64,000 nt of DNA from Pavona decussata. Taxonomy: Eukaryota. The translations under genes were made by a program, and so were the position numbers. Location: positions 1,178,001 through 1,242,000 of the forward strand of contig CDRNST010000239.1 of NCBI GenBank assembly GCA_977016875.1, read 5' to 3'. This document shows, one piece after another, positions 44,801 to 59,297 of this stretch. A model generated the notes under the pieces. The model ran no database searches, was not told where the DNA came from, and worked only from the letters and a program-made list of their open reading frames with translations. The number at the start of each line of letters is the position of its first letter. The stretch's first letter is position 1.

Positions 44801-46078
44801 AAACACACTGTTGACATTCTTGGTTGAAGTTTTGTTTTCTTGAAGCAATTATAGAAACATCTGCCAGCCCCACCCATACACATTGGTTCTGATAATCTCT
44901 GTGGTTGTCTGTCAAATTTTTAGACTTCCTTAGCAATTTTGAATGGAAAGGTTGTGCTTGGAAAAGAATGTGATTTGTGCTAAAATAAGTTTAAAACTTG
45001 TTCTTGACTAGTGCATCTCCTCACCACCTCCCCCCCCCCCCCAACCCCCTGCCTTCCCCCTTGCACAGTTTAACATGCGAAAAAAACCACAAAATGGGTG
45101 TCTTAATCCTCCAAATAGAACCTTCAAAAAGGCCATACCCAGCTTTTTTACTACAAGGTTTTGCTGAATTTTGCTCTTCTTTTTATTTTATCAAATGCAG
45201 TAATCAATCTATGCAAAGCAGGTCTTCATTGCCTGTATAACCATAACATACATTTCATTTAACATGTAATTAGCACAAGCCACTAATGAATTAGCAAAAT
45301 TTGGGTACTTTGAAAGTTTTAATTGAACAAAATAATATTTATTAATAATAAATTGTTCTTTACTTTAAATGTCACAGCAGATAAGATTCTTGCATGTCCT
45401 CAATTTATGGTGTTTAATTGAGAAGACAAAAATATCCATAGGTTTTATGTTGGGAGTTCTGTTAGGCTGCTCATAAAAATTACTGATATGAAAAATTCCT
45501 GTTACAAATTATATCAGCATTTCTATAATATTGAAATATCCAAAATTATTGATGAAAAATAAAAATTATTTACCCTAACTAGTAACTTCTGGACCTTTAG
45601 ATTCTGACAAGGTGTAATGTGTTTTCTAAAAAGTTTTGTCATATTAAGATGAAGATTAGCGATAAAAAAAGTGATGTGACATTGTAACAACTTGTCATCA
45701 TTATCAAAATTTAAAGTAAATATCCAGGGTTACATTCACAAGTTTTGAAGTGTGAACATGTCGATAATATATTTAATTTCCATCTCTTAATAAATTATTG
45801 TAAACGAAAGCATTTTCAAAAATGAACACTCAAGATGACTCCATCTGTATCAAACGTTTGGTATAACAGTGAACATTCTCCAGTGTAACATTTGCACATT
45901 CAAACCTTCATTTGTTTCTTGATGTAATTTTAATGTGTTCTTAATGTATTACCAACATGTTTACAGTTCAACACTTGTTTATATCTTATGCTCAAAACCT
46001 ACATATTTCATAATGGCAACATGGAGTCATCACAACATGATGTCACTTATCTTCACCTCAAAAGATCAAATAAATTGT

Positions 46079-46401
46079 CAAGACAACAGCAACAATGTTT
46101 AAATAGTCAAAAACAAAACGGCTTTTTTTAATCTTCAAGACGTTTCAACAATACATCCGTCATCGTCAGTGTGACGGCTATGAAAACAAGTGTTGAATTT
46201 TATTTTACGGTCATTTTGGCCAGGTGCATGTGCATTCTAGCTCAGTCGTAACTTTGAATCCATGTAACATAATGTAATGTATGCATTGTGACTTGCACGC
46301 TATAAAATTCAACACTTGTTTTCATGACCGTCACACTGACGATGACGGATGTACCGTTGAAACGCCTGGAAAATTAAAAAAAAAACATTTTGTTTTTGAA
46401 G
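46079..46401. mobile_element. Penelope-type palindromic element with hammerhead-like cores
   Basis: Inverted repeat 46107-46399; CTGACGA-tgacggatgtaccgtt-GAAAC in the right arm and mirrored in the left; flanking 16-bp direct repeat AGATCAAATAAATTGT (46063-46078, 46402-46417). Confidence 0.7.
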
Positions 46402-46759
46402 AGATCAAATAAATTGTTTTAATGCCCCTCATGAATTAACAAAACATAGAATTATACTGAATGATCAGTTAAGAAGTATATGTCCCTGGATTAAGTTTAA
46501 TCAATAAATATGTGGGTGTGTGCAAGGAAGCCCTGAGTGACTTCAGGGAAATTTTTTAAGTAAATGGCATAAAATTCCTCACATTCAGTTCCAGGAAAGG
46601 TTGTTGTATAAATTTGTCCAAGGAACACTTACTAACTGTCAGCTTGATTGTAATTATTATTAAATATAATGATAAGAAATGCATTAAAAATAACACTCAA
46701 ACCACAATCAAGAAATCAACTCAAAACTACACGTACTTGCATACACCCCTTCATTTATG

Positions 46760-47140
46760 AAAGAAATGAGATGTTATGTTTAAAACCTGGTGAATACAAT
46801 TGATAGACTGAGGGGTTTTTTCTGGCCAGTGACAAGCATACTTGGAAAAAGGAAATCCAATTTCACCGAACAGGAGTTGAACTGGTCTATGACCATCCTA
46901 CATGTATTACTATAGTTCAGATGCTCTAGCTACCACCAAGCTACAGGAGACTCATGGAAGCTAAGGCCATTAAACTAGGTTCAGCTTAGGCTCATGTGGT
47001 TCAGCTCAGTGGTAGAGCATCCAAACTAGTAATCAGAAGGTCATAGGTTTGACTCCTGATAGGAGAACTTAGATTTTCGTTTTCTGAGTACATATTGCAT
47101 CATTTATTCACCAAGCAGAAAACATAACATCCACTTCCTT
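46760..47140. mobile_element. degenerate palindromic tRNA-derived element
   Basis: agctcagtggtagagcatcc..ggtcataggtttgactcctg with a decayed inverted copy to its left; a partial family member is at 63840-64000. Confidence 0.55.
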
Positions 47141-47678
47141 CACACATATTCATGTATTTAGGAAAATAAATGGATATACATTTTGTTCAGTTATCACTGT
47201 GGACTTCACATTAGTTCCATAACACCTAGCTAGTATACAGCTATTTCAATTAACATTGTCATATGAAAGCTTCAAGCTTAAAGAGAAGACCAAAAGGTAA
47301 ATGGGTAGTTCTTTCTGGAGGCGTGACAATTAATGCAAGTAGGATAAAAGAAAACACTGTAAATGTTTGTTTGCGTGTTACTTCATTTCATTTGTGTTAC
47401 TTTGTGATTACTCTCAACCCCTACAACTTGCGCAAAAACTGTGCACTACCCAGGAACCAAATTGATAGGCATGGCATTCAAGTTAGGAAAGAGAATGAAA
47501 AATCACCGTCACGTGTTCACGTTCACCACAGAACCTAGAATTTGGTCATTTTATGTTGTTGTTTTGCACAGGACAGCCTTAGTAGAAACGTACCAAAATT
47601 TAAAACGCATGTGCAGGGCAATTTTTTTTCCTCGTTAAACCTATTGTTTTGCGGCATTGTCATCATTGCTTAAGTGCT

Positions 47679-47936
47679 TTAGTATCTTTTCGGGGTGCTT
47701 ATTAAGCACTGCTTCCATAATAAAAATACCATGTGCGAGTGCATGGCACCACTGTTTATCGGTATTCCAATGGTGTTTGCTTTCACTTCTCTGAAATTTA
47801 AAACTTTTGAGGCATAACGTTCAACAGTTCTTGGTGGCATCCTTAAAGCAGCTGCCACCTCATCCACTTGATATCCTAACATTTCTTTCATCCAAATTGC
47901 TTGCCATCGTACATCTTCACTGAACGGGCGAGGCAT
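47679..47936 (-). pseudogene. transposase N-terminal HTH fragment (IS630/Tc1-like)
   Basis: MPRPFSEDVRWQAIWMKEMLGYQVDEVAAALRMPPRTVERY has an HTH pattern; no DDE domain follows. Confidence 0.55.
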
Positions 47937-48903
47937 AGCTGAATTGATGAATTTATTCATAAAAAAATGGCTTTGATCAGACAGCGTTAATTGCAATAGC
48001 TGTATATGCCATTTTATGACAAAGCTGAGCTGGCCATCTGTAGGACACTTATCTGACTCAAAGGATACAGAACACTTGACACCAGAAAATTATGTCCACA
48101 TATAAAGTCACCCTCTCCCCCCTCAAAACACCCCACCCACCCTCCCACACCCCACCTCCTCTGCTGAGGGGTCAGCCTATTATCCATTTCACAGAAATTA
48201 AGCATGGCTGTTGTTACCCAATAAAACGACCTGCACCGTTTGCAATGTCTTACATGGCTGGTCAAGAGGACAAAAGAACGAACAACAGAACAATGATCCC
48301 AACCCTAAAAACAATCCAGCTGCAGGTTATGAGGGTACAATGGAAAGAGATTTTTGAAGGATGCAGGTCTACTGATAAAACTGCAAGTAAACTGGACTTT
48401 ACTGAATTAATCATGGCCAAACAAACTGTTCTAGACCACCCAAACGTAACTTATTCCAACTGTTTTTAGCATGGAATTTGATATTACTGAAGCAAATACA
48501 TCTTGTTCACATGTCTGGTTAAATACTACCTTGTGGTAAACGAGACTGTGCACAAGGACTCAGATTTGTTATGCCATGTTTTCAGTTTATATTTTTACTT
48601 CAAAAAGTTCAATTTGAAAGCTAGAATGGTTGGAAAATTTTTTGCAGTCAAACTCTGCTCATCTCTGAGCCTGTGTCACTGAGGGACACCCAAACCCTCC
48701 GCCGGCTTAAGGGTTCTTGCTGATGCAAAGTGTATATTTGAAGAAGAATCCAAGTCCTTAGGCTGCAGATCAGCAAATATGTTGACTCCATAAAAAATTA
48801 CAAGTGGGAAGATGTACAGGTGTATCCTGATAAGCTCTGTTCAGTTTGCTGGCTTCACAACACAATGGAACTTCATTGAGCCTTTCCAATCAAAGAAAAG
48901 GTT

Positions 48904-51900
48904 TTAAACAGTACTGTGTATTGATACCCTCACACCAAATTTTGCTTTCAAGGCTCGTAGAATCTCATTTGTGATTTCCTCGACAGTTTGATCAACTGAA
49001 ACCTTGACAGCAGAGTATAAATCACAGTTGCTTGGTTCCTCAAGAATTTCAAATTGCGACTCTAGCAAGTTTGAAGGCATAAAATGTGCTTCCCGTTTTT
49101 CCATTCTTTCCTTTATCAAGTCCTTGGAGCCTTGTAGGAGGACAACAAGGCAGTAAAAAGGTAATGGCTTTGAGAGTTTCTGTCTCTTTTCTCCAACAGA
49201 ACAGTAATTTGTGTTTTCAGAGCTCGCTTGTGCTCCAAGAATAATAGTTTGTCTATACTGTTCCTTGAGAGCTGAACAAGCAAGAACGCCAGATTCAGAC
49301 CGCTTGCTCCACCTAAGTATAAAATAAATGGCAAATAATTACTTGGAAACAAAGCTCAAGCTACAGAAAAGCATTGTCTTGCGAGAATAATGCGCCACAA
49401 ATCTAGCTCAGTTGGTAACGCATCGGACTGCTGAGCAGAAGGCTGCGAGTTCAAACACCAGCCAGACCAATACTAAGGGTCTTAAAAGTAACTGAGCAGA
49501 AGGTGATGTGTTTGCTTTAATAACATCTGCAAATGGTCAGACCATCACATGACTCAGACGACCAGGTAGAAATGACGGTCCTGTCTCCACTGTCTGGGGG
49601 ACATAAAAGAACTACTTAGTGCATAAAGAGCACTGGCTGTTACCACCCCTAGTGCCAACTGATAATCACCAATCAAGGGGGTAGGTTGTTGTGGTAAATG
49701 ATAAACCACATAATGGTAGCTGTATCACCGGTCCTTTGACACAGAAGGCTGATTCAATGGGAAATTGGCCAACATTGTTATTAATAAAAACAGTTAGGGG
49801 TTGCCTTGATCAGTCACTGCAAACACCACTGAGCTGACTTCAAGGCTGCTGCCTAGCAGGACCATCACCTAACACTTCACATGTTAGGCTCCTAACTTCA
49901 AGGCTTTTGGCCTTGTGGGATCCTTGAAATTTTTCTTAGGCAACAGCCTTGGACTACATGAAAAATTATAATAATATTGTTACTACGTATATACTGGTAT
50001 TTGATAACTTACTGGATAATTCGCTCATTCATACCTTTCAATGACTTTGTTCAAGGCAAGAAGCCACGGTTGTCTTTCCTATAAAATTAGATAAAATGTT
50101 TTTTGTCTTAAAAAAAATTCTGGAAATTCTGGAAATTCCAGTATAAAAGGGGCCTGGTCTGGCCATTCACACCTTCAGTTGTCAATCAACAATCAGAGCG
50201 TAAACAACTGACAAACAACATGCATCTTTTTCTACGAACATTACTCAAAAAAATTTGGTTAGTTTGCGGAATATACCTTGTTAGCTGAATTAGAAATTGA
50301 GGTCTCACCTTACTGTGGCTTATTATGAAATTTTGAGGCATATTTTTCAGAGTCACCAACTTGCTACGACATCTAAGATGTGAAAGGAAGTAGGGGCTTG
50401 CCCATTTATAGAAGAACATCTTGTTTAATAGCATTGTCTGACAAAAAAGGGGGCCCTCCCCTCCCCTCCACTATAGTATTGCACTGGTCTATTACCTCAT
50501 CTGTCAGGGGGGTCCCCTGCCTCATCTTCATAATATTCCCCTCTGAATGAAAATGATCTGCATCCACATAAGGGCATGATAGCTGATGATCAAAAAGAAA
50601 GCGGCAATGAGAAACAAAATGTAAGGGAACTGGTCATAGTAAGTTTGTTCGAAGAGGTGTCTGGGGTAGGGGGGTTATTGAAGACAACACCTATCTCGTG
50701 AACATTACCGACAAAATTTTATTGGCTTTAAAATTTGAGTTGACACCGAAAGCTAGCAAGAGTCAACATTGCTAGATAAATAAGAAAAGCGAGGTTTGAA
50801 TCTTACTGTCATTTTTTACTGCTGGATAGAGGGGTGCCTATACAATAAAGACATCATCTTTTGAGGCTGTGGAAGGGGGGTGCAGGCAGCAGGCCACCAT
50901 CTATTTTGGGGTTTGGTGGGTCCTATTCAAGTATTAGTAGTTTTGACCACTTCCCTAACTGAAAACAAACTGAATAGAGAGGAGCAAGTCCAGAATTAAG
51001 GTCTGCAGAATGCACTGGATAATAAAAATTATTTCACTGACACTGACACTGATTCTCATTCTTGCTGCAGGGTATTTTTCACAATACACCTGGCCCCAGT
51101 TGTTCAAAGAATGGACAACTCTATCCAGTGGATAAATTGCTATCCAGAGGATACAATATACTCCAACCAATACATTTTATCTGCAGGATATGACTTATCC
51201 ACTGGATAAAGTTATATGCTCTTTGAACAACTGGGGCCAGGACCTGTTTTCTACATCCATAAAAAAAACAACAGTTCTGAATCTCAATTTGATCTGGAAA
51301 CAGTGGATGGATGAAAATTGGATGTATGGATTTTCACTAATGAAAAATTCCTGTGATTATTTTACCTGCGTGTTTTGTTTTTTTTTTGTTAAATTATAAT
51401 ATTTTCTACACAACGTCTTTTAAATTTTTCCCTGGTTCTGGGTTTTTGTTTCACATACAGATGTTTTCTACATACATGTACCTCTGTAGTGTACACTTGT
51501 ATGTCACTTAAGAAATTGCATAAATAATAATAATTCATTATAGGTAAATTGTAATTATCAGAGCACTACTAATTAAGCATTACAAAAGTGCATGTGCTCG
51601 CCTTAACTTAGAATATCTTATACATGTACTTCAGTAACTAGAAACTCACCTTTTTTGCCAAGGCACGGGCCACTGTTGTTCTACAGAAAAGAAATAACAA
51701 TGAAAATAAAAATATTTGTCTAGCCCCAGTAGTGGCAATCAGCACTTACTTTACATGTATCAGGGGTTTCATTAAGGGCAAGTCACTGGGAAAACTGACC
51801 GTCTGTGAATATGACTTAACCCAGCTGCTTCTAACAATCTCAACTGACTTTTTCCACAAAGTAACATAATTATCCAAGTTAACTTTCTCGCCTGGGTTCG

Positions 51901-52381
51901 CTAATCTTTTGCCTGAGCCTTCCACTTCTAAGTCTTAATGAAAGCTCTGATGTACATGTATAACTTAATTACAGGAAATTACAGCTCTAATGCTTGTGTT
52001 TATTCAACAGTCTGAAATTAATGCTACTGGAAAAATACATCATATACAATGTCTTTTCCAGGAAAGGCTACAGGACAATAGCAAGATCCCTTGGCTCATG
52101 CAACAGTCAGGCTATCTTTTTATCATGCACCTTGAAGAGTACAGCAAAACAGAAAGCAGGGAAGCTCTTAAGCCGCCATTTATACACGTTGAAACTTTTA
52201 GCTGAAACTTGCATGCAACAGCGCTGCAAAACAAGTTTCAGCAGGTGCTGCACCGTATAACATGGTCGGTTTCATGAATCTTTTTCGAACTTCCCGTGCG
52301 AGACAAGTTTCATGAAAAGTAGAACCACTTTCTACTTCTGCAACAGCTCGCAATGGTCGCAGTGGTGAAAAAACAAGAGTT

Positions 52382-52414
<33 letters not shown>

Positions 52415-52888
52415 TGCAGCACCATTGCACACAAGTTTCAGCTAAAAGTTTCAACGTGTAACGGCGGCTTTACGTTCTGTAGTTTCTCACGAGTGGTATT
52501 CACATTTAATTTTCTACTACATGTATTTGTCATGGTGTTGCATACATGTACTTGGTACAACAAACAGTCAGAGCTGTTGGACTGCAGAGCTTCAAAATGC
52601 ATTTTGCATGTGGTCAAAACATCTTCAAATCTTGCTTGGAAAACTTTTAAATTATAGCAGAAAGAGACCACATTTGGAAATTTTTGGAAAAATATTATGG
52701 TTGGGAGTCTGGAATTTATGACAATAATATTTCATTCTTCAATGATAATATTGCCACTGTAACCGGAACCATAAGTCCAAACTATTCTAGTTTTATTCAG
52801 ATTGAATTTTTGGACAACACAGAGTAGTTTAATTACCAGGTACTTACTTTCCACTTCCGCAGACTCCTGTTATGAGTACAACAACCAT
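48904..52888 (-). CDS. IDNK: gluconokinase (IDNK/GntK family)
   Basis: Exons 52888-52848 (MVVVLITGVCGSGK, P-loop), 51680-51650 (TTVARALAKK), 50582-50496 (DADHFHSEGNIMKMRQGTPLTDE), 50078-50035 (ERQPWL), 49312-48904 (VLACSALKEQYR..HFMPSNLLESQFEILEEP); all phases are compatible. Confidence 0.93.
49403..49650 (+). mobile_element. tRNA-derived SINE in an IDNK intron
   Basis: ctagctcagttggtaacgc..gagttcaaac A/B-box head followed by a non-tRNA body. Confidence 0.55.
51089..51241. mobile_element. MITE
   Basis: cctggccccagttgttcaaaga...tctttgaacaactggggccagg. Confidence 0.75.
52170..52471. mobile_element. MITE
   Basis: aagccgcc..acacgttgaaacttttagctgaaacttg...caagtttcagctaaaagtttcaacgtgtaacggcggctt. 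Confidence 0.75.
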
Positions 52889-53637
52889 GATGATAAATGG
52901 TGATGAGTGCCTTCTGTCTGTGGCTTACATGTGTTGGGTCTAATCTTTAAACGAAAGCAGAAGTAGACATGAGATAGCTGAATCCTTCTTACAAGGATAA
53001 AAGACAATCACTCTGTGCCTTGGTTGCATTTATTTTTATCAACTTAGCAAGCTACAATCTTAACTATAACACTGTTGATAGGAAAGGTTTCTAGCTATCG
53101 TATCTTGGAAACTCAAACTTCCAGAGATACGTGTAAGATGTTAGTCAAAGTTTGCTCTGGACAGTGACGAGTGCTAAACGATTTTTGAGCCACAAGCTTG
53201 AAGTCTTGGCAAGTCACACAACCACAACAGAAAAAAAGCCTAAAACTCAAAAGGTTTATCCTCTTTTGAATGACAATGCCCATACCAACAGCTAAAGAAT
53301 GCTCAGATACCAAATGTAAGGTATCAATTAGCTGTTACTGCAATGCAAAGTTGCCAGAAACTTTGATATACAAATGAGGCAACTATGTCATTCTGAATCA
53401 TACTGAACCAGTTCCCTTGTTTGAATTCCTTCTTACGTTACAAGAGAATATTTTGCACACTCTACTGTAATAGGTTATGACACCACAAATTAACATTTAT
53501 TTTCAGTTTCACTGTTATTTTACTGCTCACATCAGATGATAAAGAAGTCTGAAAAATATCATCTGATCCTCAGAGAAATCTAAACTCTCGCTCCTTTCCT
53601 CAAACAGACTGGACCTTGGCAATCCCTTGTCGACTAC

Positions 53638-54954
53638 CGTAGTTACTAAAACAAGGAATGACCTAAAATGATCTAAAATGACCTAAAATGACCTAAAATG
53701 ATCTAAAATGACCTAAAATGATCTAAAATGACCTAAAATGATCTAAAATAAATCCGAAATATTCTAAAATGATCCAAATGAAGTGAAACCATTTTAGATC
53801 ATTTTAGGTCATTCCTTGTTTTAGTAACTACGAAAATTTATCACATTCGCGGCTTTGACTGATGCAAAGTGTCTAGTTTTTCCCCAGCAACGTGGTTTTG
53901 ATTGGTGCGAAGTTCCAAGTTTCGCTCAGCAACGTGGTTTTGATTGGTACGAAGTGCCTAGTTTTTCCCCAGCAACGCGGTTTTGATTGGTACGAAGCGA
54001 AGTTCTAAGATTCGCCCAGCAACGCGGTTTTGATTGATGCAGCTATTTCATATGGAACTGACACAGAGTTATCTTTTATTCATGCGCTACCCTTGACTTG
54101 TTGACTGCGTGTTTATTTAAGGAAATTGATGCACAGATGTATATGCCTTTAATTACATTGTTTACAAAAGCGTTTTATCAGTGTTTACACAAGAATTTAG
54201 CCTTGTCGTGCGGCTTTTACAGTCAACCCAGGTCATGCGTGAATAGTATTTCCAAGAATGAAATGAACATTCGAATTTCTCTTTGTAATGTCCGACGTGT
54301 GAATGGAATGTTGGGCATTTCTCTGGAAATCGTTCCGAAAAAGACGCATTAACTGAAAAAAAAAAAAAGATTCAAAATACTTGGGAAACAATTGCTATTC
54401 TTGAAATATTCAATTTTGCAATGTAAAGAAAAATTCATAGCTTTATACCGTCAATAAGCTAGGGAAATTTATACGGGAACTCTGAAATCTCGTTGGCGAT
54501 TTTCAAAACTGACATGTAAATTTCAAATCTCCGTTCAAATTTCAAAAATATCGTTCACGTGTGACCTGGGTTGACTGTAATGTGCGACCGGAAAACGAAT
54601 CCGAAAAAAGTTGGTCAGTTTCGATATTTTTTGGGTCTTTCGGACCGACCAAAAAAGAGATTCGCTCTAGTGCGGTTTGTTTCGGCACTTTTCGAGTCTT
54701 CTTCGGTCTTTCCGGCAGTTCACAGTAGCTTAATTCCTGGTATCAGCCTTTTTGGTAAGCACTCAGCTCTGTATTTCTGTAATTTTATCTTGGTTTCACT
54801 TCATTTGGATCATTTTAGAATATTTCGGATTTATTTTAGATCATTTTAGGTCATTTTAGGTCATTTTAGATCATTTTAGGTCATTTTAGATCATTTTAGG
54901 TCATTTTAGGTCATTTTAGATCATTTTAGGTCATTCCTTGTTTTAGTAACTACG
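53638..54954. mobile_element. foldback-type non-autonomous DNA transposon
   Basis: ~155-bp TIRs starting CGTAGTTACTAAAACAAGG and built of AAAATGA(C/T)CT 10-mers; flanked by TGTCGACTAC (53628-53637) and TGTCAACTAC (54955-54964). Confidence 0.85.
53868..54037 (+). repeat. four ~43-bp tandem units inside the foldback element
   Basis: cagcaacg(t/c)ggttttgattg at 53885, 53927, 53970 and 54017. Confidence 0.85.
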
Positions 54955-55889
54955 TGTCAACTACTTTTGATGATATTTACAATAATTGATCTAGTTAAAA
55001 TACAACTCATTGACTTCCTCAAAGACTGTCATAACTAATATTTACTTAATTTATTTCAAATCCCAGGGATAATATTCTGATAGCATTATATGACAATACT
55101 ACTCAACAGCCTTCAATTCACCAACAAATGAAGAGCTGAGAGCATAACCGACACAAAATATGACTTTTCAGATTGCTTTTTTGTTGTTTTATTTCAGTTT
55201 CACCGGATTTGGCATGTGGCCTTAATTCCTCCAGGAAATGTTTCTCCAATGTTTTTTCGCTGCTTAGCACTTCATTTTGTGATAAAAATGGAAATTTTGC
55301 CCATAATCATAGGTTTTTATTGCAGACGAAGCTCAAAGAAGCAGATAAAATATTGGAACAACGTTTCCTAAAGGAATTCAAGGCCACATGCAAAAATTCT
55401 GGCAAATCTGAGCTAAAAAAACAGCAAGTGATCTAAAAGTCATTTGAGTTGGTAATACTCTCGGCCCTAATCAACTGTAATAGATGGTATTGAGACTTCA
55501 AGGTGTAAATAAAGGAGTTAGAAACTGGGTAGAAACGAAAGCAAAATAGCATATCAGGCCGGCAAGTTGATTACTTCATCCAGTAGATAACTTGCTATCC
55601 AGCTGATAAAATGTATTATCATTTGATGCATTTTTTCTTCCTTTTCATTGGCCAAAAGCAAACCACGCGACCTGCAAATAACTGCCTACAAATAATGGTC
55701 TGCTCATGCACAATACTGTCCAGCTGTGTTTTGCTGCAAATGATATTCTGCTTATGCGTAACTGGAACCACGCTCTTGACAGTGTGAAAATGGCAGATCG
55801 TTTCCCTGAGCTGTCAGAGAGTGATTTGACCGAAAACAATTATGAAAAGCAAACTCGGTGATCGAATGATAAAACAAGTATTGAACTCA

Positions 55890-55922
<33 letters not shown>

Positions 55923-58736
55923 TGCAGATCAATCCGAATGATCTGCTCGCCACTGACAAATCACGATATGATATTTTGCTCAACCTCGTCCAATAAACGT
56001 TAATTAGTTGGAGTACAATTTATCTGCTGGATATCAATATTTATCCACTGGATAAAGTTATCCGCTCTTTGAACAACCACGGCCTGAAGCCAATAATTAT
56101 GTAAATTATATGTAAGTTATAAAATATTACATCCAGTATTTTACACTTAGTGAATAATAATTCTAATACTAGATGCAGGTGGTATATCATATTAAGATAA
56201 TGTTAATATGGTTTGAGTTTCAAATCAAGTTACTGTAATCAACATGATTGCTTTATATTGAACTACAGTTGTATGAAAATAGTCTTCAGCTAAAGCAGTT
56301 TGAATTCATTATTAATAATTAGTTTGAATTTCCCAACAAAATTGTCTACTAAACTCACAAAACATGTTGATAGTGGTTGCCTTGTGGGATATTTTTACCA
56401 TCTACTTCCATCTAAGACTTTTCTTTCAAAATGAAGGAGATTCAGTCATTCAAAGCTACATGAAAATTTCAAAGTGCTTCTCTTGCGGCATTCAATTAAG
56501 TATTATTTTTTACTCAAACCAGGTATGTTGTGTACATATCATCCTTCTAAAAATCACATTATAACTACATTAAATTTAAAGCATATTTGCCAAATTTTAG
56601 TTGGAAGTGTCGCAGAGTTTGAAAATCCCAGATTTACTAAATACTATAATAATTACATAATGCAAACGAATGTCTTAATATCTAAAAAAATCAGGACGAT
56701 TTAAAAGAGATAACTAAATCACCTTTACGTTGTCAAAATTAAACATTCCTTACAAAAATGTGTTATACAATGTGCCTCCTCAGTTTGTAAGAATTAACAC
56801 ATAAAAGTTGTTTAAAAAGCAAAATAAATTACCAGTTGAGAAACCTCGATCCTGCCTTCCTGAATAGAGCAACACAGTGCTGGATTGGTCTTCTCAATAT
56901 GAGTTCTGCTTTTTTAATCTTAAAATGCTCTTTTAAGTCTGCACAGTTACAATGCGGCTTTCTTCAAAGTCTTATCCATTGTCTGACAGAAAGTTTATTT
57001 ACCCCATGAAAGTTTGACAGATGTTTTTGACCATTTCCCTTTCACCTGCTTTTCAATTCTCTTTGACTTCATCAGCATACCTTAAACAATATGATTTGAA
57101 AAAATTTTTCCCAAAGTAAGCGTAATTATTATGTGCAGCTTTAATAAGGTTCACTCTGAGATCCGAAACTTGCCACAATAAACTCCGTAACCCCAATATA
57201 AGAGCAAACATCTTCTCTTGACTGCTCTCCACATGCATAACATGTTCAACCTCATTAGCGTGCATTAACATATTAAACGACAAAACTTAAGCTTCAAATA
57301 AATGCACCCTATAAATTGAAACAGCTTGGAAAATTCAATACTCATTGAAAATTTTAGAGATAACCTATGGCTGGGCAACAAATCTTACACCCAGCCATAC
57401 ATGCATGTACCCTGTACTTTGTACATTTCACAGCTTTTGAAAGCTAATTTCTCCAAGAGTATAATTTCAACATATCACAATGATATTCACCCTCACTACA
57501 TGTACCACGTGTGACTGACATGTAACTATGCTCTTTTGTTCATGGTGTCGTGCTGATGAAGTAATCTGCGCACACTGACATTAGCAAAAGATTCTCCTAT
57601 ATTTTTAATGACACTAATTGGATGAATTTCTTTAAAAAGCAAGGCATTCATCTTTGGTGGCCATTTCCTTCGTTTGTTTTGGTGTTAACACAAATTCTCC
57701 CAACTGTACCAGAAGAAATATCTGGAAAACAATAACGAGAATATACATTTTCTGATATTGGGGCTGAAGGGTTAAGACAGATGTACAGTGGAACTAAATT
57801 TATCCATGAATCAAAAGCTGTGACAATGGCCTTTTGAACCTACATGCATTAACTGGGGATTGTCTTCCTTGTATCCTGACATGTCTGCCACTATAATTGA
57901 TATGATATTAAAAACTGGATCATTTTATAATTTGCAATTCCAGGGATTTGATTGGCTTGGCAGCCATGGTAAATGAGCCATTATACAATGCCCGAGAAAC
58001 AGTGACCTATAAATTAATAATAATTATTGTCTTCTGGTTGTTCTTGCAAAGGAAATCAGCAAGATCTAGCAATATTTCTTGACTGTTTTTAATAAAACAA
58101 CAATTATTATTCAACTCACGCTTATTGGATATGACATGGTTATAGCCGACTCGGCACAATGCGCCTTGTTCGCTATCTATATCATCCCACATCCAACGCA
58201 TGCTTGTGGAATAAATAATTACGAAATAGTGCAAAATACAACTGCTGGTAAACTTTTGTAATTTTTTTAGGAAATTAATTGCATACCACAAAATTCAAAC
58301 TGTTTCAGTGCAAACAAATAACCTTTTCCAGAAAAACATGGGGATATGAACCACATGACACACAATGATTTGACAAGCCAGGTTGGTAAGACAATGGCTT
58401 CCTGTTGGATCACCTCAGGCTAGTCTCAATAAAAACATCTGGCTCTAAAGACATCACGTAGCTGCAGCTATAAATATGTATTGTCAATTGATTCATAGCG
58501 TCTATTTCTCTGTTAACCCCAGACATCCTTCCTGATAGATAATTTATACACTAGTCAAAGGCAGTTGTTTGCTCAAAGGGATGTTTTGGGGTTCACTTAA
58601 TGAGTGGGAGATGTTGATGCTCGCTGGCACTCTTTTGAGGCTATAAATGCTTAACTAGAACCTAAGCTTATCTCCAAACCCATCTCTAACTTGAAAATGA
58701 AATTAGCTGTCCCTGAAAAATGACTTGGATATTTGT

Positions 58737-58963
58737 TTAACCCTTTAATTAAGCCCTAACTTTGATCAGCATCAAATTTCTCCGTGTAATTAATATCAAT
58801 GCTTATACTGTATTCAACCCTTGAGGTCATGAGAATTAAGGATATGATCACCCAAGTTAAATTTTCTCAATATTTTAATAACTTCTCCACAGTACTTTTA
58901 TAAGAAAAGTACGGGGACAAGGTAGGAGAATTTTTTGTTTAATATTAGGGGTTAAAGGGTTAA
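58737..58963. mobile_element. MITE (TTAACCCTTTAA family)
   Basis: ttaaccctttaa...ttaaagggttaa; relatives at ~15915-16128, ~30046-30243 and ~57590-57775. Confidence 0.65.
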
Positions 58964-59297
58964 CAGTTTTTCAAGTGATTGAAAAAAAAACTGAGGTCAA
59001 CAAAATATAAAGTTACGAGCAAATCAGCCTGCCATGAGCATTTAAACTCTAAACACCACAATCAAACCCAAAATAATTCTTATTTTAATAAACTCATGAA
59101 AAATAACCCAGATTCACAGTTTCCCCAGAAAATTATTTTCTGCCACTTCCACCTGCAGGTGTAAATATCATTTTTGAAGTGCTTAATCCACAGCTGTCTC
59201 TTTATCATTGTTTTATTCTAAATAATCAAACATTAGATCTTTCATTTACATAATGGCAGAAAAGAAGCATAAATTTCAAATGATCAAACTCATACTA

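Noticed and set aside
56830-58470. Exon-like segments on the minus strand (~56832-56982, ~58323-58467)
   Set aside because: Stops in all three frames; they could be non-coding exons, but this cannot be supported from sequence alone.
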